Shown here piece after piece: positions 36,401 to 43,526 of a DNA stretch of 64,000 nt. Source of the stretch: Thermoanaerobaculia bacterium (GTDB lineage Bacteria > Acidobacteriota > Thermoanaerobaculia > Multivoradales > UBA5704); assembly GCA_035490435.1 (NCBI GenBank), contig DATHEF010000069.1:8180-72179 (forward strand), written 5' to 3'. Below the pieces are notes generated by a model. That model was not told where the DNA came from and did not search any database. It saw nothing but the letters and a program-made list of their open reading frames with translations. The position numbers and the translations under genes were made by a program. Position 1 is the stretch's first letter, and every line of letters begins with the position of its first letter.

Positions 36401-37395
36401 GGATCTCCCACCGGAGTCCCGGTGCCGTGGGCCTCGACGTAGCTCAGCGTGTCGGGCTCGATGTCGGCGGCGGTCAGCGCGGCCCGGATGACCCGGTACT
36501 GGCCGTCGACGCCGGGAGCGGTGAAACCCACCTTCTGGGAGCCGTCGTTCGACACCGCCGACCCTTTGATCACGGCGTGGATGGTGTCGCCATCGGCCAG
36601 CGCGTCGGCCAGCCGCTTGAGCACCACGACACCCAGGCCGGTGCCGAAGATGGTCCCCTGGGCCTTGGCGTCGAAAGCCCGCACGTGCCCGTCCGGCGAG
36701 TTGATGTCCCCTTCCAGGTAGGGGTAGCCGACCTCCGGGACGCGGACCGAGACGCCCCCCGCGAGCGCCATGTCGCATTCGCCGCCCAGCAGTCCCTGGC
36801 AGGCCATGTGGACGGCGACCAGGGCCGTCGAGCAGGCGGACTGGACGTTGACGCTGGGCCCTCCCAGGTTGAGCTTGTAGGACACCCGGGTGGCCAGGTA
36901 GTCCTTCTCGTTGGAGATCTGCGCCGTCAGGTCGCCCACGGCACGCACCAGAGCCGGGTCCGAGTAGACGTTCATCAGGTAGAAGTTCATCCGGGAGCCG
37001 GCGTAGACGCCGATCCCCCCGGGGTAGCGTTCCGGGTCGTAGCCGGCGTCCTCCAGGGCGGCCCAGGAGGACTCCAGGAAGAGCCGGTGCTGAGGGTCCA
37101 TGACGTCGGCTTCGCGCGGGTTGACGCCGAAGAAGGCGGCATCGAAGAGGGCGACGTCCTTGATCGTGCGCGCGACCTTGACGTAAGTCGGCGACTTGCG
37201 CATCTTGGGGGGGACGCTCGCCAGCTCCTCGTCGCTGAGCACCGTCCGCGACTCCACTCCATCCCGCAGATTGCGCCAGAACTCCTCGACGCTCTCGGCG
37301 CCGGGAAAACGGCCGGCCATCCCGACGATGGCGACCTCCAGGCCGTTGCCGTCGTGGCTCTCCGCTTCGCTCCTGTACGTCTCGTCACTGCTCAT
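30469..37395 (-). CDS. hybrid PKS/NRPS megasynthase: KS-AT(malonyl)-KR-DH-T-(inactive E-like domain with COM-type tail)
   Basis: Hand-located domains: KS ~36080-37340 (VQSACSTALVAVH, HGTGT, NIGH); AT ~34925-35790 (GHSIGE, HAFHS indicating malonyl type); KR ~33400-34590 (GVYLITGGLGGLG); DH ~32410-33270 (HPLL, HxxxGxxxxP as HKLMGVPTLP, LHPALLD); T ~31860-32060 (FFDLGGDSI, Ser codon 31948-31950); C/E-fold domain ~30472-31803. Confidence 0.95.
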   Translation of the reverse strand: MSSDETYRSEAESHDGNGLEVAIVGMAGRFPGAESVEEFWRNLRDGVESRTVLSDEELASVPPKMRKSPTYVKVARTIKDVALFDAAFFGVNPREADVMDPQHRLFLESSWAALEDAGYDPERYPGGIGVYAGSRMNFYLMNVYSDPALVRAVGDLTAQISNEKDYLATRVSYKLNLGGPSVNVQSACSTALVAVHMACQGLLGGECDMALAGGVSVRVPEVGYPYLEGDINSPDGHVRAFDAKAQGTIFGTGLGVVVLKRLADALADGDTIHAVIKGSAVSNDGSQKVGFTAPGVDGQYRVIRAALTAADIEPDTLSYVEAHGTGTPVGDPIEVTALTKVFREKTQERQFCALGSVKTNIGHLGAAAGVASLIKAVLALKHRMIPPSLLFETPNPQIDFESSPFFVNTRLREWEANGTPRRAGVSAFGMGGTNAHVILEEAPEPAPATPSRPWQLLLLSARTDTALATLAGNLASHLEEHPESEFADVVHTLQVGRKLHEHRRAVVCRDAGHAVRILAGEDPEWSVASFSPGRERSAAFLFSGQGAQYAGMGRGLYESEPAFRAQVDLCCERLRPHLGLDLRELLLAADGDAEAAERLGQTRFTQPALFVVEYALARLWMEWGIVPTAMMGHSIGEYVAACLAGVFELDDALALVAERGRLMQSLPSGGMLAVPLSEEKVAPLLGAGLSLAAINAPDRCVVSGPEAAVEALRAELESRGVGARPLHTSHAFHSEMMEPILAPFVERFAELQLHPPKIPYVSNVTGTWITDAEATDPSYWARHLRQAVRFADGVRELCKDAQRVLLEVGPGQTLATLVRQHPDCGTRHVVLSSLRHPKERKEDLPVLLKALGQLWMHGVEPDWKGFYARERRRRVPLPTYPFEGRRFWVERVQGALPFGGGATVDHHKKENIADWFYLPYWKPSLPPVPSAEEVERAGRWLVFLDEGEVGERAVERLAGEGRRVTVVRPGESFRKVGEGSYEVAPGRREDHDALIKDLAAAGGLPDCVLHLWNVGPATADPQALARVPERSFWSLLYLTQALGKNGVTQRIHLVVVSSHMQRVAGEDRLLPERAMLLGPLKTMSQEYANLRCVSVDVAWPADGSLAGRLIAETTAEPARPVVAYRGGGRWVQDYEAVHLEAPAPAAVRLRERGVYLITGGLGGLGLTFAEFLAREYRARLVLLGVTALPDPSTWNEWLANHGETDRISQRIRKIREIEALGAEVLVAGADVTDREQMRALAGQAIARFGEVHGVIHAAGLAGGGLIQLKTAEAASRVLAPKVEGTRSLLAAFAGVPLDFVVFCSSTIAVAGGLGQVDYGAANNFLDALAHDVALAGGPRTVSINWGAWEEVGMAVAAGITRGASTGSSKQTKGEDIHPLLDRCVFEMADQTIYETDLSAARHWVLAEHKLMGVPTLPGTTYLELGRAAFLHHGALFEGYSPDGGVELRDVFFLSPLLVSEGERRIRVLLEKEGDAFNFRVTSRIDPQSGIGEPTWQPHARGRVQALGEPAARSRYDVAEILARCSEREMEIAGPVMSEGEAFVSWGPHWQSLKKIYLGRGEGIARVELPEEFAEDALHYGLHPALLDVATGIAGFFEEDSYLPLSYQRVRVHRHLPQRFYSYLRRHGEPGSRNETTSVDVMILGEDGEVLIEIDHFMLKRINSQTIKTGRGAEAPAPQAEAQIVAEPARPAAVEVAADAADEADDEESDGILPHEGVEALRRALSRDLEAAQIVVTAKDLHALIAQVSAMNQASLFAAAGGVTAPSAVIHERPNIPTPYVAPAPGIERRLADVWQATLGLEQVGVNDNFFDLGGDSIIGIQLIARASAAGLRLAPDQLFEHQTIAELAKLLDTDASPQAETAAEPLPVTSFQRELLAGPAAAPCWYTTWSLPRIAAGAEREVVRRALAQVVARHDALRTRFVPGPEGWTQVPGSAPELTVGEMALAVTSPADREADLARLARELRTSLDPERGVLLAAAVLSEGEENAERVLVVAHPVAVDTHSWDFLREELRSACQQLAAGGEAAPPPAAGSFHPWLAERIERVRSQGLRPESGAWLVAWESSGAVPAIDPALWGGGESRETVSVRLDAEETRALLTEIPDLQRVRPEEAVLAALAKTLSRGAVRRPVLLRVEVDARDADPLNADLPRTAGCFSASLPMVLDVGESEDLVQELRLVKEQVRGAVSNGVDPILLGELTGDEDVRRRLAALPFPEVSFSYHGEAQTTGLRPAGAALAVTGQLDGEGLRFDWRSGGEGALGGAVAAIAAGFLTELRSLIEVCRSGVLSVYTPSDFPDAELSQEELDKLFS
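30472..31803 (-). other. epimerisation/condensation-fold domain with degenerate active site (HPVAVDT instead of HHxxxDG) and TPSD-type COM donor tail
   Basis: VVAHPVAVDTHSW at ~31390-31410. The C-terminus is ...SVYTPSDFPDAELSQEELDKLFS (30472-30534). Confidence 0.7.
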
Positions 37396-37404
37396 CGCTG
37401 TCCA

Positions 37405-37743
37405 CTATCCCTTCTGCTGCTGCAGGCGCCGCCGCAGGCGATCCCGCCCCTGGCGTAGTTGAGCGGAACGATCGCCGGACGGTCCGGCCGGAGAGGCGGG
37501 CGCCGCTCCCTGTTCCAGATGAGCGGCGAGTGCCCGCACCGTCGGGTTGTTGAAGATTTCGACCAGCAGGATCTCGCGGCCGAACCGCTCCTGCAGCCGC
37601 TCGTGGACCTGGATCAGCAGCATGGAGGTGCCGCCGAGGTCGAAGAAGTTGTCGTCCACGCCGACCCGCTCGACCTTCAGGACCTCCTGCAGGATCGCGG
37701 CGAGGGTCAGCTCCGCTTCGGTCTGGGGCGCTTTGTAATCCAA
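37405..37743 (-). CDS. free-standing peptidyl carrier protein
   Basis: YKAPQTEAELTLAAILQEVLKVERVGVDDNFFDLGGTSMLLIQV is the PCP core LGGxS. The start is TTG at 37743, preceded by GGAG. The stop lies 9 nt upstream of the PKS start. Confidence 0.85.
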   Translation of the reverse strand: MDYKAPQTEAELTLAAILQEVLKVERVGVDDNFFDLGGTSMLLIQVHERLQERFGREILLVEIFNNPTVRALAAHLEQGAAPASPAGPSGDRSAQLRQGRDRLRRRLQQQKG

Positions 37744-37983
37744 GTCGATCTCCGGTGCCTGTCAGGGGTGGAGCGGCACGTCGCACGCGACTTCCGAGAT
37801 TCGGCAGATGCGAAGAGACATGTTCAGTGGATGACCGTCAAACCAACCGCTCCGGGCACATCTAGTTGGTGCGCCGAGCTTCCGGATGCGGGACAGAAAT
37901 GGCGGCTGACAGACCCCGCCGGGGCATGCCGCACCCGATCTGGAGAGCCTGGCGAGAGGTCCTGTAAGTTGTTGAAGAGAGAG

Positions 37984-38060
37984 TGGTGCGGCTGGGAGGA
38001 CTCGAACCCCCGACCAAGAGTTTAGGAAACTCCTGCTCTTTCCACCTGAGCTACAGCCGC
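37984..38060 (-). tRNA. tRNA-Arg (anticodon CCT), CCA encoded
   Basis: The minus-strand sequence GCGGCTG-TA-GCTC-AGGTGGAAA-GAGC-A-GGAGT-TTCCTAA-ACTCT-TGGTC-GGGGG-TTCGAGT-CCTCC-CAGCCGC-A-CCA folds by hand into a 77-nt cloverleaf. The acceptor stem is perfect at 7 bp. Confidence 0.93.
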
Positions 38061-38115
38061 AGGCCGAGAGGATTATAGCGGCTCTCGGTGCTCCATATCG
38101 GAATCGATACCAGGA

Positions 38116-38631
38116 TCAGTACTGGATCAGCGAGGCCACATCGTGCCCGCTGAGCTTCTTGCGCCCGTCGAGAAAGGTGAGCTCGATGATGAAGCCGAAG
38201 CCGGCCACCACCCCGCCGAGCGACTCGACCAGCCGGGCGGTCGCGGCGGCGGTGCCGCCAGTGGCGACCACGTCGTCGACGATCAGGACGTGCTCCCCCG
38301 GCTGGATCGCGTCGCTGTGCATCTCCAGGGTGTCGGTGCCGTACTCCAGGTCGTAGGTCTCACGGACTTTCTCGGCCGGCAGCTTGCCGGGCTTGCGCAC
38401 CGGCACGAACCCGGCATTCAGGTCATAGGCCACGATCGGGGCGAACATGAACCCGCGCGACTCGATGCCGACCACCTTGTCGATGCGCCGCTCGGCGAAC
38501 AGCCAGACGAAGCGGTCGACGGTCATGCGCAGCGTCAGCGAGTTCTGCAGCAGGGTCGTGATGTCGTAGAACAGGATCCCCGGCTTGGGGAAATCGGGGA
38601 TCTGGCGGATGTGCGACTTCAGGTCGTCCAT
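38116..38631 (-). CDS. apt: adenine phosphoribosyltransferase
   Basis: [28 protein letters not shown]...[15 protein letters not shown] (PRPP motif). The start was trimmed to ATG 38631; the longer track ORF overlaps acyP. Confidence 0.95.
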   Translation of the reverse strand: MDDLKSHIRQIPDFPKPGILFYDITTLLQNSLTLRMTVDRFVWLFAERRIDKVVGIESRGFMFAPIVAYDLNAGFVPVRKPGKLPAEKVRETYDLEYGTDTLEMHSDAIQPGEHVLIVDDVVATGGTAAATARLVESLGGVVAGFGFIIELTFLDGRKKLSGHDVASLIQY

Positions 38632-38921
38632 GGTCTCTCCTGGCGATCGATGACGAATCCGTCCCAGGTCGGGACGGGGGATATCTCCTGCTCTTCGAGG
38701 CCGGTCACCCGCGCCCCTTGCGGCCCCTGCCGCACCCGCTCGCGGAACACTGCGAGCGGCTCGCTCCCGCCGGCCACCTCGATCTCCACGCAGCCGTCCG
38801 GCAGGTTGCGCACCCGCCCCGTGAGGCCCAGCTCCCGCGCCGCCTGGCGGGTGAACCAGCGGAAGCCCACCCCCTGCACCCGGCCGCTCAGCCGCAGCCG
38901 GAAAGCCTGGACCGCGCTCAC
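38619..38921 (-). CDS. acyP: acylphosphatase
   Basis: [43 protein letters not shown], the acylphosphatase signature, 100 aa. Confidence 0.9.
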   Translation of the reverse strand: MSAVQAFRLRLSGRVQGVGFRWFTRQAARELGLTGRVRNLPDGCVEIEVAGGSEPLAVFRERVRQGPQGARVTGLEEQEISPVPTWDGFVIDRQERPWTT

Positions 38922-39571
38922 TTCTGCGGCTTCCAGCCGTGCCGGCCGAGCAGCGGCACGAAAGCGACGTCCTCCCCCTCCTTGCGCCGGATCTCACCGC
39001 GCGCCGACTTGCGGTAGAGCACCAGCTTCTGGAGGTTGAGCTGCCCTTCCGGAATCAGCAGGGTACCGCCCAACGCGAGCTGCCCCAGCAGCGGCTCGGG
39101 CACTTTCGGCGCGCCGGCGGTGACCAGGATACGGTCGTAGGGGGCCCATTCGCTCCACCCCACGGTGCCGTCGAACACCTGGATCTTGACGTTGTCGAAA
39201 CCGAGCTGGCGCATGCGCGGGATGGCGGCCTGCGCGAGCTCCGGCACCCGCTCGAGGCTGTAGACCCGGCGCGCGAGCAGAGCGAGAACAGCGGTCTGAT
39301 ACCCCGAGCCGGTGCCGATCTCCAGCACCGAGTGCTCGGGTCCCACCTCCAGCAGCTCGCTCATCCGCGCCACGATGTACGGCTGGGAGATCGTCTGCGC
39401 CGAGCCGATCGGCAGCGCGTGATCGCCGTAGGCCTGGCTGCGCAGGTGGTCCTTGACGAACAGGTGGCGCGGGGTCTTGCGCAAGGCCGCCAGCACCCGC
39501 TCGTCGCGCACCCCCCGGGCGGCGATCAGGTCGCGGACCATCCGCTCGCGCTGGACGGCGTAGTCGCTCAT
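38918..39571 (-). CDS. pcm: protein-L-isoaspartate O-methyltransferase
   Basis: [15 protein letters not shown]...[15 protein letters not shown]...[16 protein letters not shown]. The start was trimmed to ATG 39571, overlapping the surE stop by 1 nt. Confidence 0.93.
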   Translation of the reverse strand: MSDYAVQRERMVRDLIAARGVRDERVLAALRKTPRHLFVKDHLRSQAYGDHALPIGSAQTISQPYIVARMSELLEVGPEHSVLEIGTGSGYQTAVLALLARRVYSLERVPELAQAAIPRMRQLGFDNVKIQVFDGTVGWSEWAPYDRILVTAGAPKVPEPLLGQLALGGTLLIPEGQLNLQKLVLYRKSARGEIRRKEGEDVAFVPLLGRHGWKPQK

Positions 39572-40353
39572 CAATCCCGTGGAGCGGGGGGAGCGGCCGG
39601 GAAGGCGAGCGCCGAGAGCTTGTCCTTCAGCGAGGTGACGCTCTCGAGCCCCGGATAGTAGGTGAGGTCCAGATGCAGCGGGGTCACCGAGATCCGGCCC
39701 GTGGAGACGGCCTCGTAGTCGGTGCCGCTCGCGTTCTGCCACTGCGGCGTGCCGGCGATCCAGTAGTACTTGCGCCCGCGCGGGTCGAGCTTCTCGATCA
39801 CCGACTGCTTGTAGACCCGCCGGCCCAGCCGGGTGTAGCTCAGCCCCTGGATCTCGCCCGCGGGCACGTTGACGTTGAGCAGCAGGTCGCGCGGCAGCTC
39901 CTCACCGAGCAGGATCTCGACGAGCTGACGGGCGAAAGCGGCCGCGGCGTCGAAGGAGAAACCCTCCCCCACCTCCTGGCTGAAGGCGACCGAGGGGATG
40001 CCGAGCAGCGTCCCCTCGAAGGTCGCGCTCACCGTGCCCGAGTAGGTCACGTCGTCCCCCAGGTTGAGGCCGAAGTTGATCCCGGAGCAGACGAGGTCGG
40101 GCGGGTGGTCCTTGAGCAGCGACAGCACCCCCAGATTGACGCAGTCGGTCGGCGTGCCGTCGACGGCGTACCAGCGCTCCTCGACCTTCTGCATGCGCAG
40201 CGGCCGCGACAGGGTGAGCGCATGGCCGGTCGCGCTCTGCTCCCGGTCGGGCGCGACGACGAACACCTCGGCGATCTCGCTCAGGGAGGAGGCGAGCAGC
40301 CGGATCCCCTGCGAGAAGATGCCGTCGTCGTTGGTGACCAGGATACGGGTCAT
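39571..40353 (-). CDS. surE: 5'/3'-nucleotidase SurE
   Basis: MTRILVTNDDGIFSQGIRLL...GTPTDCV...SGINFGLNLGDDVTYSGTV. The start was trimmed to ATG 40353, overlapping the mtnP stop. Confidence 0.95.
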   Translation of the reverse strand: MTRILVTNDDGIFSQGIRLLASSLSEIAEVFVVAPDREQSATGHALTLSRPLRMQKVEERWYAVDGTPTDCVNLGVLSLLKDHPPDLVCSGINFGLNLGDDVTYSGTVSATFEGTLLGIPSVAFSQEVGEGFSFDAAAAFARQLVEILLGEELPRDLLLNVNVPAGEIQGLSYTRLGRRVYKQSVIEKLDPRGRKYYWIAGTPQWQNASGTDYEAVSTGRISVTPLHLDLTYYPGLESVTSLKDKLSALAFPAAPPAPRD

Positions 40354-41225
40354 CAGCTCTTGATGTACTTGCCCACGATCGGGGCGAGGGCTTGCAGGGT
40401 CTCGGCCGGGATCAGCGAGCGCTCGGTGATCAGCGAATACTTGAGCGCCTCGGCGCAGATGCAGTCGCGCGAGTGCGGCTGGCCCACCTTCTTGAGCAGG
40501 TGGCGGACCACCTCCTGCGACATCTTCACGTTCTGGCGGACGACTTCCATCACCGCCTCGCCGGAGACCGCCTCTTCCGTCTCGTGCCAGCAGTCGTAGT
40601 CGGTGACCATGGAGAGGGAGACGTAGCAGATCTCCGCCTCGCGGGCGAGCTTCGCCTCCTGGAGGTTGGTCATGCCGATGATGTCCATCCCCAACTGGCG
40701 GTAGGCCTCGGACTCGGCGCGGGTCGAGAACTGCGGCCCCTCCATGCAAACGTAGGCGCCGCCGCGGTGGACGGTGGCCCCGGCGGCGCGCGCGGCGTCG
40801 ACCGCGATGTCGATCAGCCGCGGGCAGACCGGCTTGGCCATCGAGACGTGGGCCACCAGGCCGTTGCCGAAGAAGGTGTCCGGGCGGTGCCGCGTGCGGT
40901 CGAGGAACTGGTCGGGGACGACGATGTCGGTCGGCTTGTACTCGATCTTCAGCGAGCCCACGGCGGAGACCGAGATGATCTCCTCGACGCCCAGCACCTT
41001 GAAGCCATAGAGATTGGCGCGGTAGTTGAGCTCGGTGGGGAGCAGCCGGTGCCCCTTGCCATGGCGGGGGAGGAAGGCCACGAGCTGGCCGTCCAGCTCG
41101 CCGATCACATAGGCGTCCGAGGGGTCGCCGAACGGCGTCTGGATCCGGCGCTCCTCGCGGACCGTCATCCCCTCCATGCCGTAGAGGCCGCTGCCGCCGA
41201 TCACACCGATACGGATATCGCTCAT
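40353..41225 (-). CDS. mtnP: S-methyl-5'-thioadenosine phosphorylase
   Basis: MSDIRIGVIGGSGLY...QTPFGDPSD...FLPRHGKGHRLLPTELNYRANL...MEGPQFSTRAES...GMT. The start was trimmed to ATG 41225. Confidence 0.92.
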   Translation of the reverse strand: MSDIRIGVIGGSGLYGMEGMTVREERRIQTPFGDPSDAYVIGELDGQLVAFLPRHGKGHRLLPTELNYRANLYGFKVLGVEEIISVSAVGSLKIEYKPTDIVVPDQFLDRTRHRPDTFFGNGLVAHVSMAKPVCPRLIDIAVDAARAAGATVHRGGAYVCMEGPQFSTRAESEAYRQLGMDIIGMTNLQEAKLAREAEICYVSLSMVTDYDCWHETEEAVSGEAVMEVVRQNVKMSQEVVRHLLKKVGQPHSRDCICAEALKYSLITERSLIPAETLQALAPIVGKYIKS

Positions 41226-41291
41226 CAGAAACTCTCCTTCAAAGGAAATCACAAGAACTGCCGGCCGTGGAGCCGGCAGAGTCTAGCAGGG

Positions 41292-42245
41292 CTAGCGGAT
41301 CGCCTCCACTACCGCGAGGGCGGTCTCCAGGGCGCGGCGGCCCTGCTCGCCGCTCACCCGCGGCGCCGGCTCGCCGCGGCAGGCCGCGAGGAAGGCCTCG
41401 AGCTCCCGCCGCAGTGGCTCGGCGCGCTCCAGAGGGAGATCGTCTGGCAGGATGCGGCGCTGCTCCCCCTCCCCCTCCAGCCGGTACCCCTTGATCTCCT
41501 GCGCCTGGTAGTCGAGCGAGTAGTAGCGGTTCGGCAGGAAGACCCGCAGCCGGCGCGCCCGCTCGGAGGAGACACGCGAGGCGGTCAGATTGGCGACGGC
41601 GCCGGAGGCGAGCTCGACGCGGACGTTGGCGATGTCGATGCGGGAGGAGAGCACGGCGATCCCGGTGGCGCGGATCTCGGCCACCGGGCTGGGGTCGAGG
41701 GCGTGCAGGATCTGGAGATCGTGGATCATCAGATCGAGGACGACGTCGACGTCGAGGCTGCGCGGGGAGAAGACCCCCAGCCGCTGCACCTCGACGAAGC
41801 GCGGCGGCGAGCCGACCGCGAGCAGCGCCTGGACCGCCGGGTTGAAGAATTCGATGTGGCCGACGGCGAGCACCCGGTCGCCGGCGTGGGCGAGCAGCCG
41901 GTCCGCCTCCTCCAGGCTGGCCGCCAGCGGCTTCTCGATCAGCACGTGGAGCCCGCGGTCGAGCAGCGCGCAGCCCATCTCGGCGTGCGCCACCGTGGGC
42001 GCCGCCACCACCGCCGCCTCGATCTCCCCGGCCAATTCCTCCAGCCCTGGGAAGACCCGCGCGCCGTGATCCCGGGCGGCCGCCTCGGCCGCCTCCGGAC
42101 GCGGATCATAGACACCGACCAGCTCGGCGCCGGGGAGCGACGACAGCAGGCGGACGTGGTTGCGCCCCATGGAGCCGGCGCCGAAGACGCCGACGCGCAA
42201 CGGTCGAAGGGGATTACTCAGGCTCGCCTCCCCCCCGGCCGCCAC
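41292..42245 (-). CDS. Gfo/Idh/MocA family NAD(P)-dependent oxidoreductase in the lipid A cluster
   Basis: LRVGVFGAGSMGRNHVRLLSSLPGAELVGVYD is the Rossmann N-terminus. The annotated start overlaps lpxA by 32 nt, so the true start may be the downstream TTG near 42200. Confidence 0.85.
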   Translation of the reverse strand: MAAGGEASLSNPLRPLRVGVFGAGSMGRNHVRLLSSLPGAELVGVYDPRPEAAEAAARDHGARVFPGLEELAGEIEAAVVAAPTVAHAEMGCALLDRGLHVLIEKPLAASLEEADRLLAHAGDRVLAVGHIEFFNPAVQALLAVGSPPRFVEVQRLGVFSPRSLDVDVVLDLMIHDLQILHALDPSPVAEIRATGIAVLSSRIDIANVRVELASGAVANLTASRVSSERARRLRVFLPNRYYSLDYQAQEIKGYRLEGEGEQRRILPDDLPLERAEPLRRELEAFLAACRGEPAPRVSGEQGRRALETALAVVEAIR

Positions 42246-43035
42246 CGCGGGGTGGCGACTTGATGACCCCGCGCTGGGAGCTCTCGACGAAGGCGATCAG
42301 ATAGTCGACGTCCGGATCGCCGGCGAGCTCGGCGCGGATCTGCTCCACGGCCCTGGAGGTCGGCAGGCGCGAGCGGACCAGGAGGCGGTAGGCGGCCTCC
42401 AGCCGGCGGAGGGTCTCGGGCCCCATCCCTTTGCGCTTGAGGCCGATCGAGTTCAGGCCGTAGCAGGCCGGCTTCTGCCCCACCGTCTTGACAAACGGCA
42501 GAGCGTCCATGGTGGCCACGGTGTAGCCGCCCAGATAGGCGTGGCGCCCCACTCGGCAGAACTGGTGCACGGAGGTGAAGGCGCTCACGGTGGCGTCGTC
42601 GTGGACCTCGACGTGCCCGGCCAGGGTGGCGTTGTTGGCGAACACGATCCGGCTCCCCACCTGGCAGTCGTGGGCGATGTGGGTATAGGCCATGAACAGG
42701 CTGTCGTTCCCCACCCGGGTGACGCCGCCCCCCTTGGCGGTGCCGCGGTGGACGGTGCAGAACTCCCGGAACTGGTTGCGGTCGCCGATCTCCAGCCAGA
42801 CCTCCTCGCCCTGGAACTTGAGGTCCTGGGGATCGAAGCCGATGGCGGCGTTGGGGTAGATCTGGTTCTCCCGGCCGATCCGGGTCGGGCCCTGGATCTG
42901 GGCCGCGGCGCCGATCTCGGTGCCGTCGCCGATCTCGACGCCGGCGCCGATCACCGCGAACGGACCGACGCGGACCCCGTCGCCCAGCCGGGCTTGCGGG
43001 TCGACCGATGCGAGCGGATGAATCTCCACCCCCAT
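42214..43035 (-). CDS. lpxA: acyl-ACP--UDP-N-acetylglucosamine O-acyltransferase
   Basis: MGVEIHPLASVDPQARLGDGVRVGPFAVIG... with hexapeptide repeats, and ...GLNSIGLKRKG. The start was trimmed to ATG 43035, overlapping the fabZ stop. Confidence 0.95.
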   Translation of the reverse strand: MGVEIHPLASVDPQARLGDGVRVGPFAVIGAGVEIGDGTEIGAAAQIQGPTRIGRENQIYPNAAIGFDPQDLKFQGEEVWLEIGDRNQFREFCTVHRGTAKGGGVTRVGNDSLFMAYTHIAHDCQVGSRIVFANNATLAGHVEVHDDATVSAFTSVHQFCRVGRHAYLGGYTVATMDALPFVKTVGQKPACYGLNSIGLKRKGMGPETLRRLEAAYRLLVRSRLPTSRAVEQIRAELAGDPDVDYLIAFVESSQRGVIKSPPRGGGRGGGEPE

Positions 43036-43526
43036 CAGCGGTTCACCATCGCCGAGGAGAGCACCGCCTCGGCGGCGAGCTGGCCGTCCACCAGGACCTT
43101 GCCCGCCAGCTTGCAGTAGCTGCTCCGCAGCCGCAGCACCTCGATCTCGTAGCGGATCTGGTCGCCGGGGACCACCGGCCGCCGGAACTTCGCCGCCTCG
43201 ATCGAGGCGAAGAGCAGCAGCTTGTTCTGGCGGTCGGGAATGTCGCTCAGCAGCAGCAGGCCGCCGGCCTGCGCCATCCCCTCGATCAGCAGCACCCCGG
43301 GCATCACCGGCCGGCCGGGGAAGTGGCCGAGGAAGACCGGCTCGTTGATGGTGACGTTCTTGATCGCGACGATCCGCTTGCCGGGCTCCATCTCCAGCAC
43401 GCGGTCGACCAGCAGGATCGGATAGCGGTGGGGCAGCACCGAGAGGATCCACTCGATGTCCCATTTTGCCGCCGGTTCGGGCGTCGGTTCGGAGGTCTGC
43501 TCGCTCAACTCATTCTCCCTCTCCAA
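43035..43526 (-). CDS. fabZ: 3-hydroxyacyl-ACP dehydratase FabZ
   Basis: LPHRYPILLVDRVLEMEPGKRIVAIKNVTINEPVFLGHFPGRPVMPGVLLIEGMAQ. Confidence 0.95.
   Translation of the reverse strand: MERENELSEQTSEPTPEPAAKWDIEWILSVLPHRYPILLVDRVLEMEPGKRIVAIKNVTINEPVFLGHFPGRPVMPGVLLIEGMAQAGGLLLLSDIPDRQNKLLLFASIEAAKFRRPVVPGDQIRYEIEVLRLRSSYCKLAGKVLVDGQLAAEAVLSSAMVNR

Noticed and set aside
38632-38997. N-terminal extensions of track ORFs. They cover apt (38116..38997), pcm (to 39742), surE (to 40749), lpxA (to 43464), clpC (to 50389), lolD (to 51782), gpsA (to 5456), the permease (to 28194) and mtnP (to 41252).
   Set aside because: The extensions overlap the upstream gene and are low-complexity. Family-typical N-termini begin at internal ATGs that form ATGA or 1-nt overlaps with the upstream stop.
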